A DNA stretch of 64,000 nt from Ylistrum balloti (GCF_031769215.1 NW_026781917.1:1860001-1924000), one strand, 5' to 3'; shown: positions 25,601 to 40,600, counted from the stretch's first letter. Program-made: numbers and translations. The notes: a model not told the origin generated them from the sequence alone.

Positions 25601-28600
25601 GAAAACTGGAGTACCCACCTGGTCAGGCAGGTGACACCCATTCCCCTTTACTCTCCTCATCAAATTCGAGTTAAGATATGGTAATAAACTCTGGCATATT
25701 CTTAAATTCTATTTGGTTCTGTTATTTAATCAACAAATTAATCAACAAAACAATAATTTTACAAAATTTCTTAAAAATAAAAACAACTGAATATCAACAT
25801 GAAATCTCATTCTGCCACAAAATCAATCGAACAAAATCTAGGTTGATTACAGTGATGTCATTCACTTAAAATGAAAACTGGGTTGATAACAGTGAAACCG
25901 TCACTTACAATTAACTTTTCCCTGATACATTGTATAAAAAAGGTTTGAAGTTCCTTTATATATTTAGGAACTGCTTTGTAATATGTTCCTTTTGAAAACA
26001 ATATGGATTAAGGTGCTATGGATGTACTCCAGGTATTATGGGTCTGTAGAAAGGATTTAAAAATTATGTGATTATTTTTTATCCATTTGACTCTAAAATT
26101 GGACCAAGGTCATTCATATATACCAAGGTCAAAAGATTAGAGCTCCAATTTTTGTTTTACATTGTAACTGTACAGACTTTGAGTCTACAATATTTGACTT
26201 AGTTTGTGTTACAATGCTGATACCCCCATAAAGATCACAATTATTTTACAAGGATGTTTTATGTGTCAGTAACTGTCCTCACAAAGATACATATTGTGTA
26301 TGTGAAAGAGAGAATGTCATAAAAAGTATGATATTGTATACGGCTGATAACTTTTACTATATAATACAAAGAAAACGAGATCCAACGTCCGGTCTGGTAG
26401 ATTCTGTAATATCGGCAGTCGTCCTAGGATGGATTACTAGTGGAATACAGGAATCTGGTTCAAAGGTGTGTAAACAGCAATCATAGAGGACCAGACAACA
26501 TCTGTAGGAACTATTGAGTTCTGAGGACAGCATACCTAGTATACCAAAACATGTCAACTATTAAACAGTTTTAATTCTTCCTACTGATGTGTTACTATAT
26601 AAGTAAAAAATAGGTAAAGTACAGAAATACTAGTACCTAACGGACAAGAACTGGTTACTTTGTCATTGAATGGCTTTTGGAGATATACTGAAGTTTTCTG
26701 TTCCAAGTGTCTGTTGTCATCTCCATTTAATACTCTGACGTCATCTGCTGTCATGTAATCTTCTCTGCCACATAATTAATTCCCTTTCACTAGACAGGAA
26801 ATGTAGGTATGATAATGTGGTTTGGATATTTTATCCGTCTCCTTTGTTTGTTAGAGCAAATAAAAATGTGATACTGCATACATTGTTATCTATATCTTAT
26901 TATCTGAGTTTCAGATAAAGAAAATAAGTAAAAGATAAATGATATTTTATTACATTGTTGGTTGTATCTAAATATTTATCTAAACTGTATCACTAGCTTA
27001 TGGTGTATGTCAATATAAAGTTACAAGTTGTGATTCCTTTTCTGAAAAGAAGAACAAAAATTCTCAAAATCCTAAAATTGGATTTTTTACTTACATTGTC
27101 AGGTTTTCTTTATCAAGGGAATATTTGTTTAGCTATTATTCATTAACATCTAGTTGAGCTCTGCCGCCCACTCTAAAGGTGTAACCTAGCTGTATATATT
27201 CGTGTTTTTCGCTCGTTGAAAGAGATCCAGTTGATACCACAAGACTATCGTGTTGCCTATTAGTCATAGGCCCTAATCTGGCACCAATTAGCCACTGCTG
27301 ACCTCAAATGAAGATTATGAAAACTTGAATTAAAGAATAAATAATTGCTAGTCTATCATACCAGTTGGTTGTTTCCGTCAGTGACAGGTACTGTAGACAT
27401 CCGATAGCATCCTATACACAAACACATCAGATTATTCCAAGGTCATCCAGAAGGTCACAAGATTATAATGTACCTGTCGCTATTGTTGAAAGCTGGTGAC
27501 GGGTACATGGCCTACGACAGGCACTACCGGACTGTCGGAGATCTCTGATAGCTATAGTTCAGCCTGTTAGGGTACAATACATATTGTTCATCTACTTTGT
27601 GATACATTCATATGAGTGTTTTACAGATGGGTTTTAAAGTACATAACAACATTTCATTAGCATAAGAAGTCCATCTGAAGGCCATGTTTGTAATTTATTA
27701 GGTAAAATTAGAACAAAATTTGAAATATAAGTTTAACAAAAAAAAAGATAACCTTTTCAAACTTGAAACTTGTTAAAATCATACTTTCATCAGTAACTTT
27801 GTGTATGTCTCCAATTAAGACATAAGATATCTGATGAGTCTTATAGGTATAACGTGGATAAAACAGCTGTGTATTCGAGTAAAACATTTATATTCAGATA
27901 TTGTATCATGTGTGCTACACTGAAGCTGAGTATCGCGTAAAGATTTGCTGTATACATAACATAAAACAGATGGATGCATTTACAATGCAATTAAAATTTG
28001 ATTTATACTTACAAGAAGGTTTACGAATATATCCTGTAAAACTACTACTTGTTATTCAGTAAGAAAGCAGATGAAATTTCATACATCTCCAAAATATTCA
28101 AAGGATTCATTGTAGCAAAGAGCACTTGAAGAATTTTATATAAATTTTCATTCATCTTTTCTTGAATAATTTATGAATTAATCTATTGCAATGTTTTCAT
28201 TAAATTTGTCTTGAAAGAAACTGCTGCAGGTGCTGTTATGGTGAATTTAAGAAATAAAAACAAGTTATTAAAAATTCTAGATTTATTATTGTATACTAGG
28301 ATCTTTATTAGGTCCATTTCCTGTTAATTTGAAAGAAAATAGGGCCTCCTTATTTTCAGTTTGAGTTAATTATTAATATTTTTGACAAATTTTAAAAACT
28401 TTCAAATCTTAAATTGCTTAGGACAATTTGTTAAGAATTTCTAACCATTCAGATTTTGTCAACAATATAATGGTTTCTGAGATTTTGAAGAATTTGAGGC
28501 TGCTATGATATAAAATTATTTTCTCCACTGCAGAACTTTTCAGAAAATATAAGAAAATCATTTAACAAGAGTTTTTGTCCTTAGCATATTGTGAACATAT

Positions 28601-31600
28601 CATGCATCTGTGTGTGGTTGGTGTTTGTTTAAATTTGGTACATCACCTGTTAGAAACTTGAATATTTATTGATGGGTGATATATATTTGTACTGTTTTAT
28701 CATATACATTGAGCTCAATACACAACTGTTTGAGATCCTGTAGTATTATAGTTCTATTGTATATAAATGCATGGGTACGATACTTATATTATTGGGACTT
28801 GTAAGTCAATTATTAAATGCTATATCCTAGATACCTTGCTAATATCATAACTTGAACTATGACCCCATAGGTTTTAAGTCTGTCAGAGACATGGTTTTCT
28901 TTTTTGCTGCTGGGATTGTGTTTACAGATTCAGAAAAACCATGCAGCATACACATTTTTTTTCATTTCAATGAAAAACCTTTCATGATAGTATAATAATA
29001 ATTTGAAATTTGCTATTAACAGACATTTCATTTATATCCAAATTCCTTTTCATGTGTCGCATTTTAATGTTGAATATTTTCAATTGTCTAGATTTTGAAA
29101 TCATTGAATGTACATAAATGAGATTGAAATAAAATAACATTGTATACAATTATGATTTGTCTATCTGCCTACAAAGTAATAGCTCTGCAATTAAACTTTG
29201 ATTACTTGAGTTTTCCTAATCACAATGTGTGTTTGTTTCACCATAAATAACTCGCTACTTAAATATGTTTTCCCCGTTAAGGTCAAAAGTGAAGGTCTTG
29301 GTGATGAAAACAAACATTTTATGGAAGCAGATTTTAGAGTTTTCGTGTAATCTGGGAATTAGCCTGTTTGTTTCAGTGAAGCTGACAAATGTATCATTTA
29401 ACGTGATTTGTTAGAATTTGTTGATAAAATTGGACAAAACTCTGTAAGTGTTTGGATTTTTATCTGATACTAGGTTATATTGACGACAGGTTTGTTAATG
29501 TTTTGTCATTACAGTCCAAACATGTGCCGTGTGAAGGAGGTTTATGGGACTGGCCAACGGTTCTACGAGGGCAAGGTACCCCAGCGTAGGGTATGCGACC
29601 GACCAACGTAGGTATCTATTGACTACAGAGACTAGTTGTGAAGGGTAGAGATATAGATGGAACAAACAACTTCCCCAAACCTTGACGATTTCAATCTTAT
29701 AAAATTGTGGAAAGGACATTTTTTTTAAAAATGTGCAAAGTGCTGTACTGTCATATTTTTTTTTCTTTGGCTCAAATTTCATGGTTTTGCGAAATTGCAT
29801 TGTCATTGGCACCTTATTGTTTTGGAAAATATTTCTAACAAAATAAAAATTCACAAGTCCTGTAATCCATGTCATTTTTTATCTGTTCGTTGTTTCATGG
29901 ACATTTTTTCCTGGATTTAGAGTGTTCACACATTCAATGAAGATGAACCCCGCACAGAAATGGATGATTTTACAGTAGATTGCAAATCTTGTGATAATGA
30001 TAAGAAATAAAAAAAAAACTGATAGAAGTGTAACACTGTTAACATGCCTGTCTTCACCTTAAGTACTGATAAGATGGGACTTTAATTACCCTCACTAATT
30101 AGATAATTAGTTCTGTTCAGAAAGGTGAGAGGTTTGATATTGGTTGAGTGGAATGTCAAGACTTGTTAGCTTAGTGGCAACAAAACTCATTTCGTGTTGA
30201 CCATAATTCTTATGTTTTTCAAATTTTTATTTAAAGATATTTTTGGATATAAAATAATAAAATTTTACAAAATATTCTGAAAAATTTTAATTAATCACAT
30301 GAAGACAAAAATACATAATTCTTATACAGAAGTTGTCTATCTTAGAGTATTCCGTCTGGGGTAAGGGAACTTGCCTATCTAGAAGTATTTCCTCTGGGTT
30401 AGGGGAAACACCTGTCAGTTTGACCCCACCTTTGACCCTGATTGTAATGGCTTTACCCATTCCTTGTCTGTTTAGAGAACCAGATGTAAAGGTTAATTCT
30501 ATTTGAGGTGTGAGTATGTTAGGAATTCCACACTCTAATTAAGACTTTGAGTTATACCTACATCATTTCATTTTTTTTAGGTCGTGGATTTAAATGATTC
30601 ACGGTAGATCTAAGGCATTGAAGCACAGGATTAAATCATTTATCTGAAAACTTGTTATGAAATGAAAAAAAATCTTTTTGTTTCAAAGCTGATAAAGTCA
30701 AAACTTCGTTAAGTTCTTCCCCTATAAAGTACCTGTCTATTAGGACCACTTGTTTCAGTTCCCAATATAAATACATTTTATTGAACCTCTATATAAAGGC
30801 CACTTGTCTATAAATGCCAATTTTCTCTGCAGGTTTAGGACTTCATGCATGTTAATATAAAGATTTCTTTTTCTGCAAGTTGTTTTGAAAGCTGCTTATA
30901 GTGGGAGGAAAAGTTGTGCTCTGTAAGCACTATTTTGTAGTTATTATTATAATATTAGATTTTGATATGTCAATTAAAATTCTCCTGTTAAAGTAATGTA
31001 TTCTTCAGGAAATTTCATCTAAACTATTGTTTAAATGATTATATATATAGATTGAAGGAGCTATTTCAGTACCTTTTTTTTGTTTGACTTTCAGTATTTA
31101 CCTGTACTGATGAAGGTATTCTCATGACCTTCACTTTCATATTTGACCTTCACAATCTAAATATTCTGTACGGTACTTTCTTAGTTTCATAAGGGTTTGT
31201 ATTTGTTTTCTGCCACCAACTTAGCTACTTGGCATTTATCATTGAGCTTTTTAAAGGACCAGTTTACCAAAATAACTTTGTACAACATGGTTGGGGAGAG
31301 AAAGAGGGTGGAGGGAGGTGGTGGGTTGGGGGGGGGGGGGGGACAGGAGGGTGTAAGGATACTTTATCCTACATATCCAATTCTTGTGTGATGAAGATGA
31401 TAAGAACAACTGACACATTGAAATATTGAGCATGACTGCTATTGTTAAAGTTGTGAGAAACTGATTTTGTTAATTCAGTATGCAAGGGTTCTTGCCAAAA
31501 AGACAATTATTTACAGAATTCTTTAATATGCTGTAAATTCTTTTACTGTCTTGCTAATTAGCTAAGAACCTTAGATCAGGATTGTGTTTCATCAGTGCTT

Positions 31601-34600
31601 GTATATATATGACAGGTAGAGTAGATATAAGATTGATTTATGACACTCATGTCATAGTTCTTGTTTGAATTTTTTCCAGAAATAATTTTCACTTATCTTA
31701 TTTTAATGAACTGTTGTCACCTGTTCAGGTGGTCTCTTAACACAGGTAAAAAAAATGCTGATTTCAGCATTTCTATAGTGTTGTCTTTGCCTACAACAAA
31801 TAGTCCAGGGGTAAAATTTTGGTGTTACTTTTTGATATATCAGCTGTGATAACTGAGTAGTGTTTTGTACATCAATACATTGCTCTGAAATATCAGTTTT
31901 AATCAACCTTTTCCCCCTAATTACCTGGTTATAAGGCCATATATAATTGATATTTCATGTCCTGTAACAAGCCTACACCTCCAATTTGAGTCAGAAGTAT
32001 AATCTGTTGGCCCCTTGGGCTCATCATAAGATTAATACAATAATAAGATTTCATATTGGTAGCAAGGTCTTTCCAAGTGATACTGTATGTGTTCAGTTAA
32101 CCAAGTCCTTGGTTGCATTTGACTATGATGTATTACCTGATTGTATAGTACCATTGATTAACACTGTGTGTTTGTTTGTTATAGATATATCCGGTATCAG
32201 TGTTGCCCTGGTTACAATATGGTGGAGGGAGAGAAAGGATGTCCAGCTGGTTAGTGTCATATCCTTGATCACATTGTATCAGTTTAATTAATTATGGTTT
32301 TAAAAATATGTCTAACTTTTAAACTGTCTTCTTGCACAGTTCTCTTGCATCTCTTTATATTCAACTTTTTCCTCATAAGTCTGATCCCACGTTTAAAAAT
32401 GAATATTGTCATCGTTTTTTTAATACTTTGCGGTTAATTTTCACTGCCATTTCTGTCTACCATCCTTTTGTGTCCAGAGCATGAAACTTGCTGTATCTAG
32501 TGGTTACACTAAGGCAATGTGCAGTGTACCAAATTCAAGGCCTTCAACCCCTAAGTTACAGAGTTACTTCCCTTTGTTAAAATTTTAGTGTCCAGATCAT
32601 AATTTTGATTGCATTTAAGTTAAGATAATGACACTTGGTGTATACATTGATCATACTAAGATAATGTGCAGTGTATCAAATTCAGGGTCGGAACTGTTCA
32701 ATTATAGAGTTATTGCCATTTGTTAAAGTTTTGTGCCTAAAGCAGAACATTAAATTGTTTACATTTAAACAAGGATAATGAAACTTGATGGATCTATTGA
32801 TCATCATTAGACAATGTACAGTGTACCAAATTCAGGGCCCTCAATCTCTCGATTTCAGAGTTATTGCCCTTTGTTAAAAATTTCTTGTCCAGAGCATAAC
32901 TCTGATCGCAGTTAAGCAAAGATCATGAAATTGAGTGAATAGCCTGATCATACTAAGACAGTGTGATGTGTATGGAATTCAGGGGCCTTGATTAATCAAT
33001 TACAGAGTTATTGTTCTTTGTTGAAAATATCTTTTCCAGAGCATAACTTTGCTTGCATTTAAGGTAGGATAAGGAGACTTGATTTATACATTGGTCATAC
33101 AAAGACAATGATCTGCGTACCAATGTTAGGGCCAGCAACCCCTCAATTACAGTTATTGCCCTTTGTTGAAATTTTGTGTCCAGGGAATTACTTTGCCTGC
33201 ATAAAAAAACTAGCATATTGAAATGTGATGTATACATCAGTCATACATAAACAAGGTGCAGTGTAGCAATGTTGAGGTCCATATCCCCTCAGATACAGAG
33301 TTATTGCCCTTTGTTAATCATGATCATGAAACTTGGTACATACATTAGTCATACTAAGAAAATAGGCAGTATTCCAAATTCAGGGCCTGCAATCCTGTAA
33401 TTACAGAATAATTGATCTTCCTTAAAGTTTTGTGTCCAATAAAGTCATTTTGGGGGAGCATTCAATAGTTTCAATGATACTCTTGTCTCCTGGAGTTCTG
33501 AAATGTTCAACCTTTTCCAAGTAGGTTGCCAATATACTATCCCTGAATCTATTCCTTTCCTCCTTCCTCAGAGGAAGAATTCAGATAACTGCTTATTTCC
33601 TCTGGGAAATGTTTAAACTTAGAAAGAACTTACAATGCTAGGATGTAAAACTTCTAACTAAGAGATATTAATTGAAAAAATTTCAATTTTCACAAGAAGA
33701 TTGTAGTAGCTTCTATATAAAATGATGGAGTACCTAAGGCCCAGAACTTGTATAGTTATAAATAGGTCAGGTGTAAATCCTTGTATCAGGACAACCTTTC
33801 AACAAATTTGTGTAATTATGATCTCTCTCCCATCATTATCTCATCATCACAGTAAAACATGACTTGGATAACAGAGTTAAACTGGCAGAAAATTGGGGCG
33901 AAATCAGACATGTTGTGTCAGTTTCTTGTGTGACGTAATCTTTGAAGATGAACATCAGCAGTATCTATATAAAGTTTGAATTGAAAACTTAAAAATACTC
34001 TGTGTGATCTACATTATTAAATTTCTTATAATGCTCAAAATTCTGACCCGATTGTCACGAAAAATTATCCATCAGTCTTATCAAATTATATCAGCTCCAA
34101 TGTAATGTCATGCGTAATTATTTCATATAATGTGTTCAGCTTAAGGGATTTTGAATAGGAGACCTTCAGATCAAACAGTCTTAATTCAAATTAATTTTCC
34201 AATAAAGTAAAAAAAAGCACATTTCTTTATATCTATGTCAATTCTGAAGTGTAAAACTTCAAAGTAAATTAATCTATATATTTTATATAACATGCAAAAA
34301 AATAATTAAAAATTGTATTTAGAAGTGTTAGGTAACATTAGTTCTTTATACAGCTTATACAAATGAACATTAACTGTTTAACACACTAAGTTATCAATAG
34401 GGGGTCTATAAAAACTGAAATAGAATTCAGAATCGATCAAACGCTTTCAGTCAGACAATGGAATCGATTGTTGATTTAAAATTTACGAGTTACAATGTTA
34501 AAATTTCTCATGGTTTAATGAGGACTAATGATATGAAACTGTAGAAATTCATCATTTGATACAAAGTGTTGATTGTGTGGTAAGTCATGATTGGTCAATA

Positions 34601-37600
34601 GAGAGAAGAAAGGGGTTTAATGTAGGAAATGACCATCTGTAGAGGGGCTTTTATTGAATTAACAAACATTTAATGTATAAAAAAATTGTAAAGCTGAAGA
34701 ATTTGTTGCATTTTGATTTTATAGTGAAAATGTTTCTGAAGATTACTGGTTCATTACACTTGAAATTTTCAAATCATCCTTTTAAATTAAAAAAAGTAGA
34801 ATTAGAGCTTGTATTTTAAAAATGAGTTTAGAGTTAAGTGACTCTACTGTATTTGTTGATTTACAGTTCTTGTCCCACTAAACTGTTCATGACAAATTCA
34901 CTCTTTATTTGATGTTCTTTTTGTTTAAGAAAAAACTGCATCTGACTGTGCATGTTTGTATTAGTTTGTCCAAATGACATTTCCTAGTTTAAATGTTTTA
35001 TCAAATTGTCCGATATAACCTCAAAGATACTGTTTAAAAATGTGAAATGTCAAGTAAATTTTGGACATTTAGTTGGGTGTTCACAGCTTATCTGGAGTAA
35101 AGGTATACACTCACACACTTGTGTAAATTGGGGCGGGGACTTGTGTGAGTTACTTGTCCACTGATGCAAACATAAAATGTGCACCTAGCATGCACTAGGA
35201 TTGGAGAGAGGAAAATGGGGTGTTATTAATTGGAGGAATTTTCTCATGAGACTAACTTTGAATTAGGTAACATTTTTAAGAAACAAAGGAGAGAAAGGAG
35301 ATTTTTTTTTTCAATTCTCAATAGAACATATATATGATGTACTATTCATAAACTTGTCGGACCATCAATCGAAGTAAATCAAGAATCTCCTACTAGGGAA
35401 GATCATTTCTCTGTCCTACCATAGAGCTTGGGAAATATCCTTTTAGTAATAAGTGAAAATAGTGAATATTTGTATATCCATGGTAACTGACAATTATGTA
35501 TTTCCATTTTGAATTTAACAGAAAATTGTGTGTATCCATGGTAACTTACAGTTTTGTGTATCCATGGTGACAGACAGGCAGATGTGTAACTAATGTTTTT
35601 ATGTATACATGGAAACATCCAGTAACTGACAATTTGGTGTACCTTTGGTAAATGGCAATTTTTTGTATCTATGGAAACAAATTTGAGGTGAAATTGTATT
35701 GTGAAATGACTATGCTGTTGTATTCAGTTCAGCCTCTACAGAACCTGAAGTTCACTGCCCTAGACTTGCTCCAGCAGAAGTTCCCTCAGCTGCTAACTAA
35801 CACTGAACTGGAAGGGAACCTACTCTACCAAGGAGCCTTTACTGTGTTTGTACCGATCGACAAGGCCTTTGAAAATATCACCTATGACGACAGGTATTCT
35901 TCCTAAACTTATACAAACCTATTTTGAAGAATTTTCCTAATTCCATGATCAGATTTTTTCTTTTATCTGACTTGTGTTATGCGACACTAGTTTCAATAAA
36001 CAGGTATTCTAAACACACGAAAGTTATTGTAAAATGAAAGTGAAGTCAACATTACACAGTACATTCTAACCTGCTTGAGAGACCTCCTCTCAAGAGACTG
36101 CCAGTGTTGTGAGACACTTTTAGAATCCCTGCAGTGACTTCTATGTTAGACTGTGTTTTAAAACCACCCATGGTAGGTGACCACTTACCACAGGTTTAAC
36201 TGGTCTGTGGTTCTATAGGATACAGAGTTAGATGTCACACTACTGTTCTGTTATCAGACAAAGACTCCATCCCTGGACATACCACGCCCCGTCTCTCCTC
36301 CACTACCACGTCGTGACTGGGCGATATAACTACACAACATTCAAGAAACAGGAGGAGGTTCCAACACTGTATTATGCTGAAAAGAAGTTACGGATAAACA
36401 AATATCCTAGTGGGGTAAGTGATGTACCTAATTCAGTGGGGTAAGTGATGTACCTAATTCAGTGGGGTAAGTGATGTACCTAATTCAGTGGGGTAAGTGA
36501 TGTACCTAATTCAGTGGGGTAAGTGATGTACCTAATTCAGTGGGGTAAGTGATGTACCTAATTCAGTTGGGTAAGTGATGTACCTAATTCAGTGGGGATG
36601 GGGGAGGAAGTCTTTGCATCCTGATGTATTTAAAACTAAAATTCTTGATGTTAATGGACAATGCTTTCAAAATACAGGATTTGTTGGTTTGTCTACAGAT
36701 TAATGTTGTTTTGTTGTAGGTTGCTACGGTGAATTGTGCGCGGATTATGGTGCCCAATCAAATGGCCAGTAATGGAATACTGCATGTCATAGACAGGGTA
36801 GGTTTTTATACATAAGGGTCTCAACTATAGGTCAGAGTTCAACGTAATTGCTACATATGACAAAATTAACATCTTTCTAGACAAGATAATTCATCAGCCA
36901 TCTTTGCCTGATGGGGCCACTGCTAGTGACCTCCTCATCTGGGTTTTAACATTTCTTAGTTGCATCCCTTTCATGCCCATAGCATTACTTATGAGTTCCA
37001 GAAAGACAAAACAGCAGTATGATGCAGTTTGGTTAAATATTCTAGATTGTGAATTTGTATGGAAAGATGCTCATCACTTCTATGACTGTAGTACACTCTT
37101 TGAACAGTTGATCCGGCCACTAGACTACAGAGGAACCATCGCTGATGTAATTCTACGAGACCAACGTTTGACCAAGTTTTCACAAATGTTATACAAGGCT
37201 AACCTTATTGACACACTACAAAAATCCAAACACTTCACACTGTTCATCCCCGAGGACAAAGCCTTCAGACGTCTGTCTTCAGGACTCAACAATAAAATAA
37301 GCAATGACAGGAAAGTGGCTACAGGTAGGTCAGTCCGTTATATCTCCCACCTATGTATGTAAAGGAGAGAAGGGGTAGTAACCTCTTTGTACATTTGTGC
37401 AAGTGTGCGTGCATGCGCCTGTGATTCTCATGCACCCATGGACAGATTTAGTTCATAATCACAAAGGTTTTCACATGGTTAGATGTTGGTGGTGATCAGT
37501 CAAGGTCAAAGGTAAAAGGTCACTGTTGGACACTATTGAAATAAAAAGTTTGTTTATGAGATTATAAGGTGAGGAAATGTGGGGTATATCTATGTGAGTC

Positions 37601-40600
37601 CCTGTTCACTTTGTTTTATTAGTCCCCTGCTGGTGAAACCTGAGGGACTATATAGTGTTTGTCTCCGTCTGTGTGTCCGTCTGTGTGTCCATCTGTTTGT
37701 CCAGATGTTGGTTTCCAAATGATAACTTAAAAAAAGAAGGATAGATTTGAATAAAACTTCTTGCAATATTACCACGTAAGTTATGAGGTAATACAGATTG
37801 GGATTGAGTTTGGGGGTGAAAGGTCAACTTCCAATGTCACTGTTGCTATAAAGATATTTTTCATCAAGTTTTGGTTTCTAGATGCTAACTTCAGAAAGGA
37901 TTAATGGATTTGGTGAAAACTTTATGCATTGTTAGCTAATGAGGTAATACAGATGGGATTGAGTTTGGGATCAATAAGTCAGCTACGAAGGTCACTGTTG
38001 CTAAAAATATATATTATTTGTCAAATTTTGGGTTCCAGATAGCCCATTATATTGAAACTTGATTCAATTTAATATCATTAGAAAATATATAGGGTAGGAT
38101 TGATTTGGGGATCAAAAGGTCAACTGTGAAGGCTGTGAAGGTCACTTCAATAAACATTGATCACATCAGAGACAAGGAAAGTCGACAGGCGGCCATCTTG
38201 GATTAAAAAAGTTTGTTACTGCTATTTCTGGGAAAGTACTGGATGGATCTTTCTCAAATTTCATATGCAGGTTCCCCTTGGTCCCTAGTTGTGCATTGTA
38301 CCTTGTTGGACTGATCTGAAATCAAGATGGCTGACAGGCAGCCATCTTGGATTTGAAAGTAAAATCTTGTTACTGCTATTTCTGAGGAAGTACTGGATGG
38401 ATCCTTCTGATATTTCATATGTATTGGTTTCCCTTGGTCCCTAGTTGTGCATTGCCCCTTTTTTGGACTGATTTGAAATCTAGGTGGCCCACAGGCAGCC
38501 ATCTTGGATGTCGACAGTAATACAGCACAAGCATATTTTCTTCGATATTCTATCATATTGATTCAAGACCATGTCCATTATCCACCTGTAACTGACTGCT
38601 ATGTAATAATACTTTGGGATTTTTTTAAAATGATATTTGGTAATAGGTGCTTAATAAAAATATCTTGTGCCATCATTGAGTACATTCAATGAAGACCAGT
38701 TCATGAACATTTACAACACCTGTAACAAACAAAAAAAATAAACAAATCTTCAAGAACTGAAAACAGATCCTCAAATGGTGGGCACCAAGATCCCTCTGGG
38801 ATCTCTTGTTTTATATTTAACTGTAATTTTCATAGAAAAAATTGTATTTTTGAGCATAACGTTGGTTCCCTTTCCATCTGGTAATAACTTTGTAAGAAGT
38901 ATTAGTATAGGATGACAGTTTTGATGGTATGTATGTATTGACACTGGCTTACTATATTCATTGTCACAATTTCTGTTTCATGACAATTGATAACTATCCT
39001 TTTACCTTTATATTCAATATTGCTTACCTCAGGTAAATGTTAAGGCAGCTAGGCCTCTTGTTTCTAATATTTTTATGACCTCACCATTTTAGAAGATGAA
39101 GGAGGGGGATATCCATATCCAGTCTTCCTACTCCATCCCTTTCCAAATCATTGTCATATCTTATGAATGGTTCATATATGCTAGAGAGTATCATGATATA
39201 ACGTCAATTTCTACATCTGGTCAGATTCTAGCTTCTAGAAATGACAGTCATTTCAGAAGAAAATTTGCTAAGTTTAGACTTATTTACGTTCCAAATGTTC
39301 TTCAAATAGGCAACTGTTTTCCCATTTTCCCTCAGACATTGCCGTTGGGCATATTGCATTGAGCTTATATGTGTTTCAGCCATTGCTAAATACCACATTG
39401 TTAAGAACACCTACTGTGCTGCGTCCACTGTGGTGTCCGCCCAGCTGGTAACCATGGAAGGAGGATTTCTTGCCTTCATCTGTAAATTTAACGGTAACTA
39501 CGTCAACGATGCCAAATTGATAGAGGAGGACATTGTCACGACGAACGGCGTCATTCATATCATCAACAAAGTCCTTCTACCAAATACAGGTAGGTGATGT
39601 CCTGTCAATGTCAGTCATATACTATCAACGGAACAATATAAATGTACAAAAACACTATGACTATAATATTTTATCAAGCAAAGTATTGTCATTTTTTTAT
39701 GTTTCTGGCAATATATTTAGAGAGATATTTAAAGCAATTTTTCCAAAAAGAGGAAAGCAATCAGACTTGAGTCTATCTAGGTTGCAACTAGTTTGCAGTT
39801 TCATCGGTCATGATCTTTGCTTGTGTTTTAGTTTAAAAAAAATCAATGTTTTTGCCGAAATATCAAATTTTAGCTGTTATAGAGGACCTGACCTTATAAT
39901 TTTGCTACAGTAAAAGATATCCTCCAAGTGGCACACGAACTAGATCTGACACGCCTGACAGAACTTGTCCACGGGGCGGGGCTGGCTGATTGGGTTCAAA
40001 GTAGACCTGAGTATACATGGTTTGCCCCTAATGATGCAGCATTTGAAGGTAACGGATTAAAAAAAAACTTATTGTTGGATCATATGATATGAACATATTT
40101 CTTTGTCAAAAGAATAGTAACGCTAAAGAAGTAATATTTGACACTAAATCTTAGATCCTAGAAGTCAGCTATATATACATGTATGGTAACGTAAGTGCTG
40201 GAGTCAGTTTTGATACAAGGCCAGTTTGAGCTAGCTAGGATAATAAGGTAAATAAATTAATCGGTCAATAATCAATATGTTAACATTAAACTTAGAACAG
40301 AACTCTATAAACATCTTCATGTCTGACCCCCTGTTGCAATAGAACAGACTTTTATAGAAACTCATTGCCTTGATATCCATGTAAATTATATTTTGGTTTG
40401 ACTTTCAACAAGGGCTGAAGATTCTACTTTACACAAATATGGTAGCAGTGGGATTTAAATATCATACAACATGCTGTATATCACTTTAATAACTAACTTA
40501 TATTGCATACTTCTATTGCAGCTCTTTCACCAATTTACAAAGAGGCTCTACAAGAGCAACCTGGGTTGGTGGAGCAAATGCTAAAGTACCACACCTTAGA

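Noticed and set aside
29495-29875. 126-aa minus-strand ORF, and similar ORFs at 39376-39558, 50347-50553, 56030-56388, 57650-58030
   Set aside because: Antisense or shifted-frame shadows of real exons.
39533-39913. 126-aa plus-strand ORF
   Set aside because: Out-of-frame read through exon 8 into an AT-rich intron; no domain.
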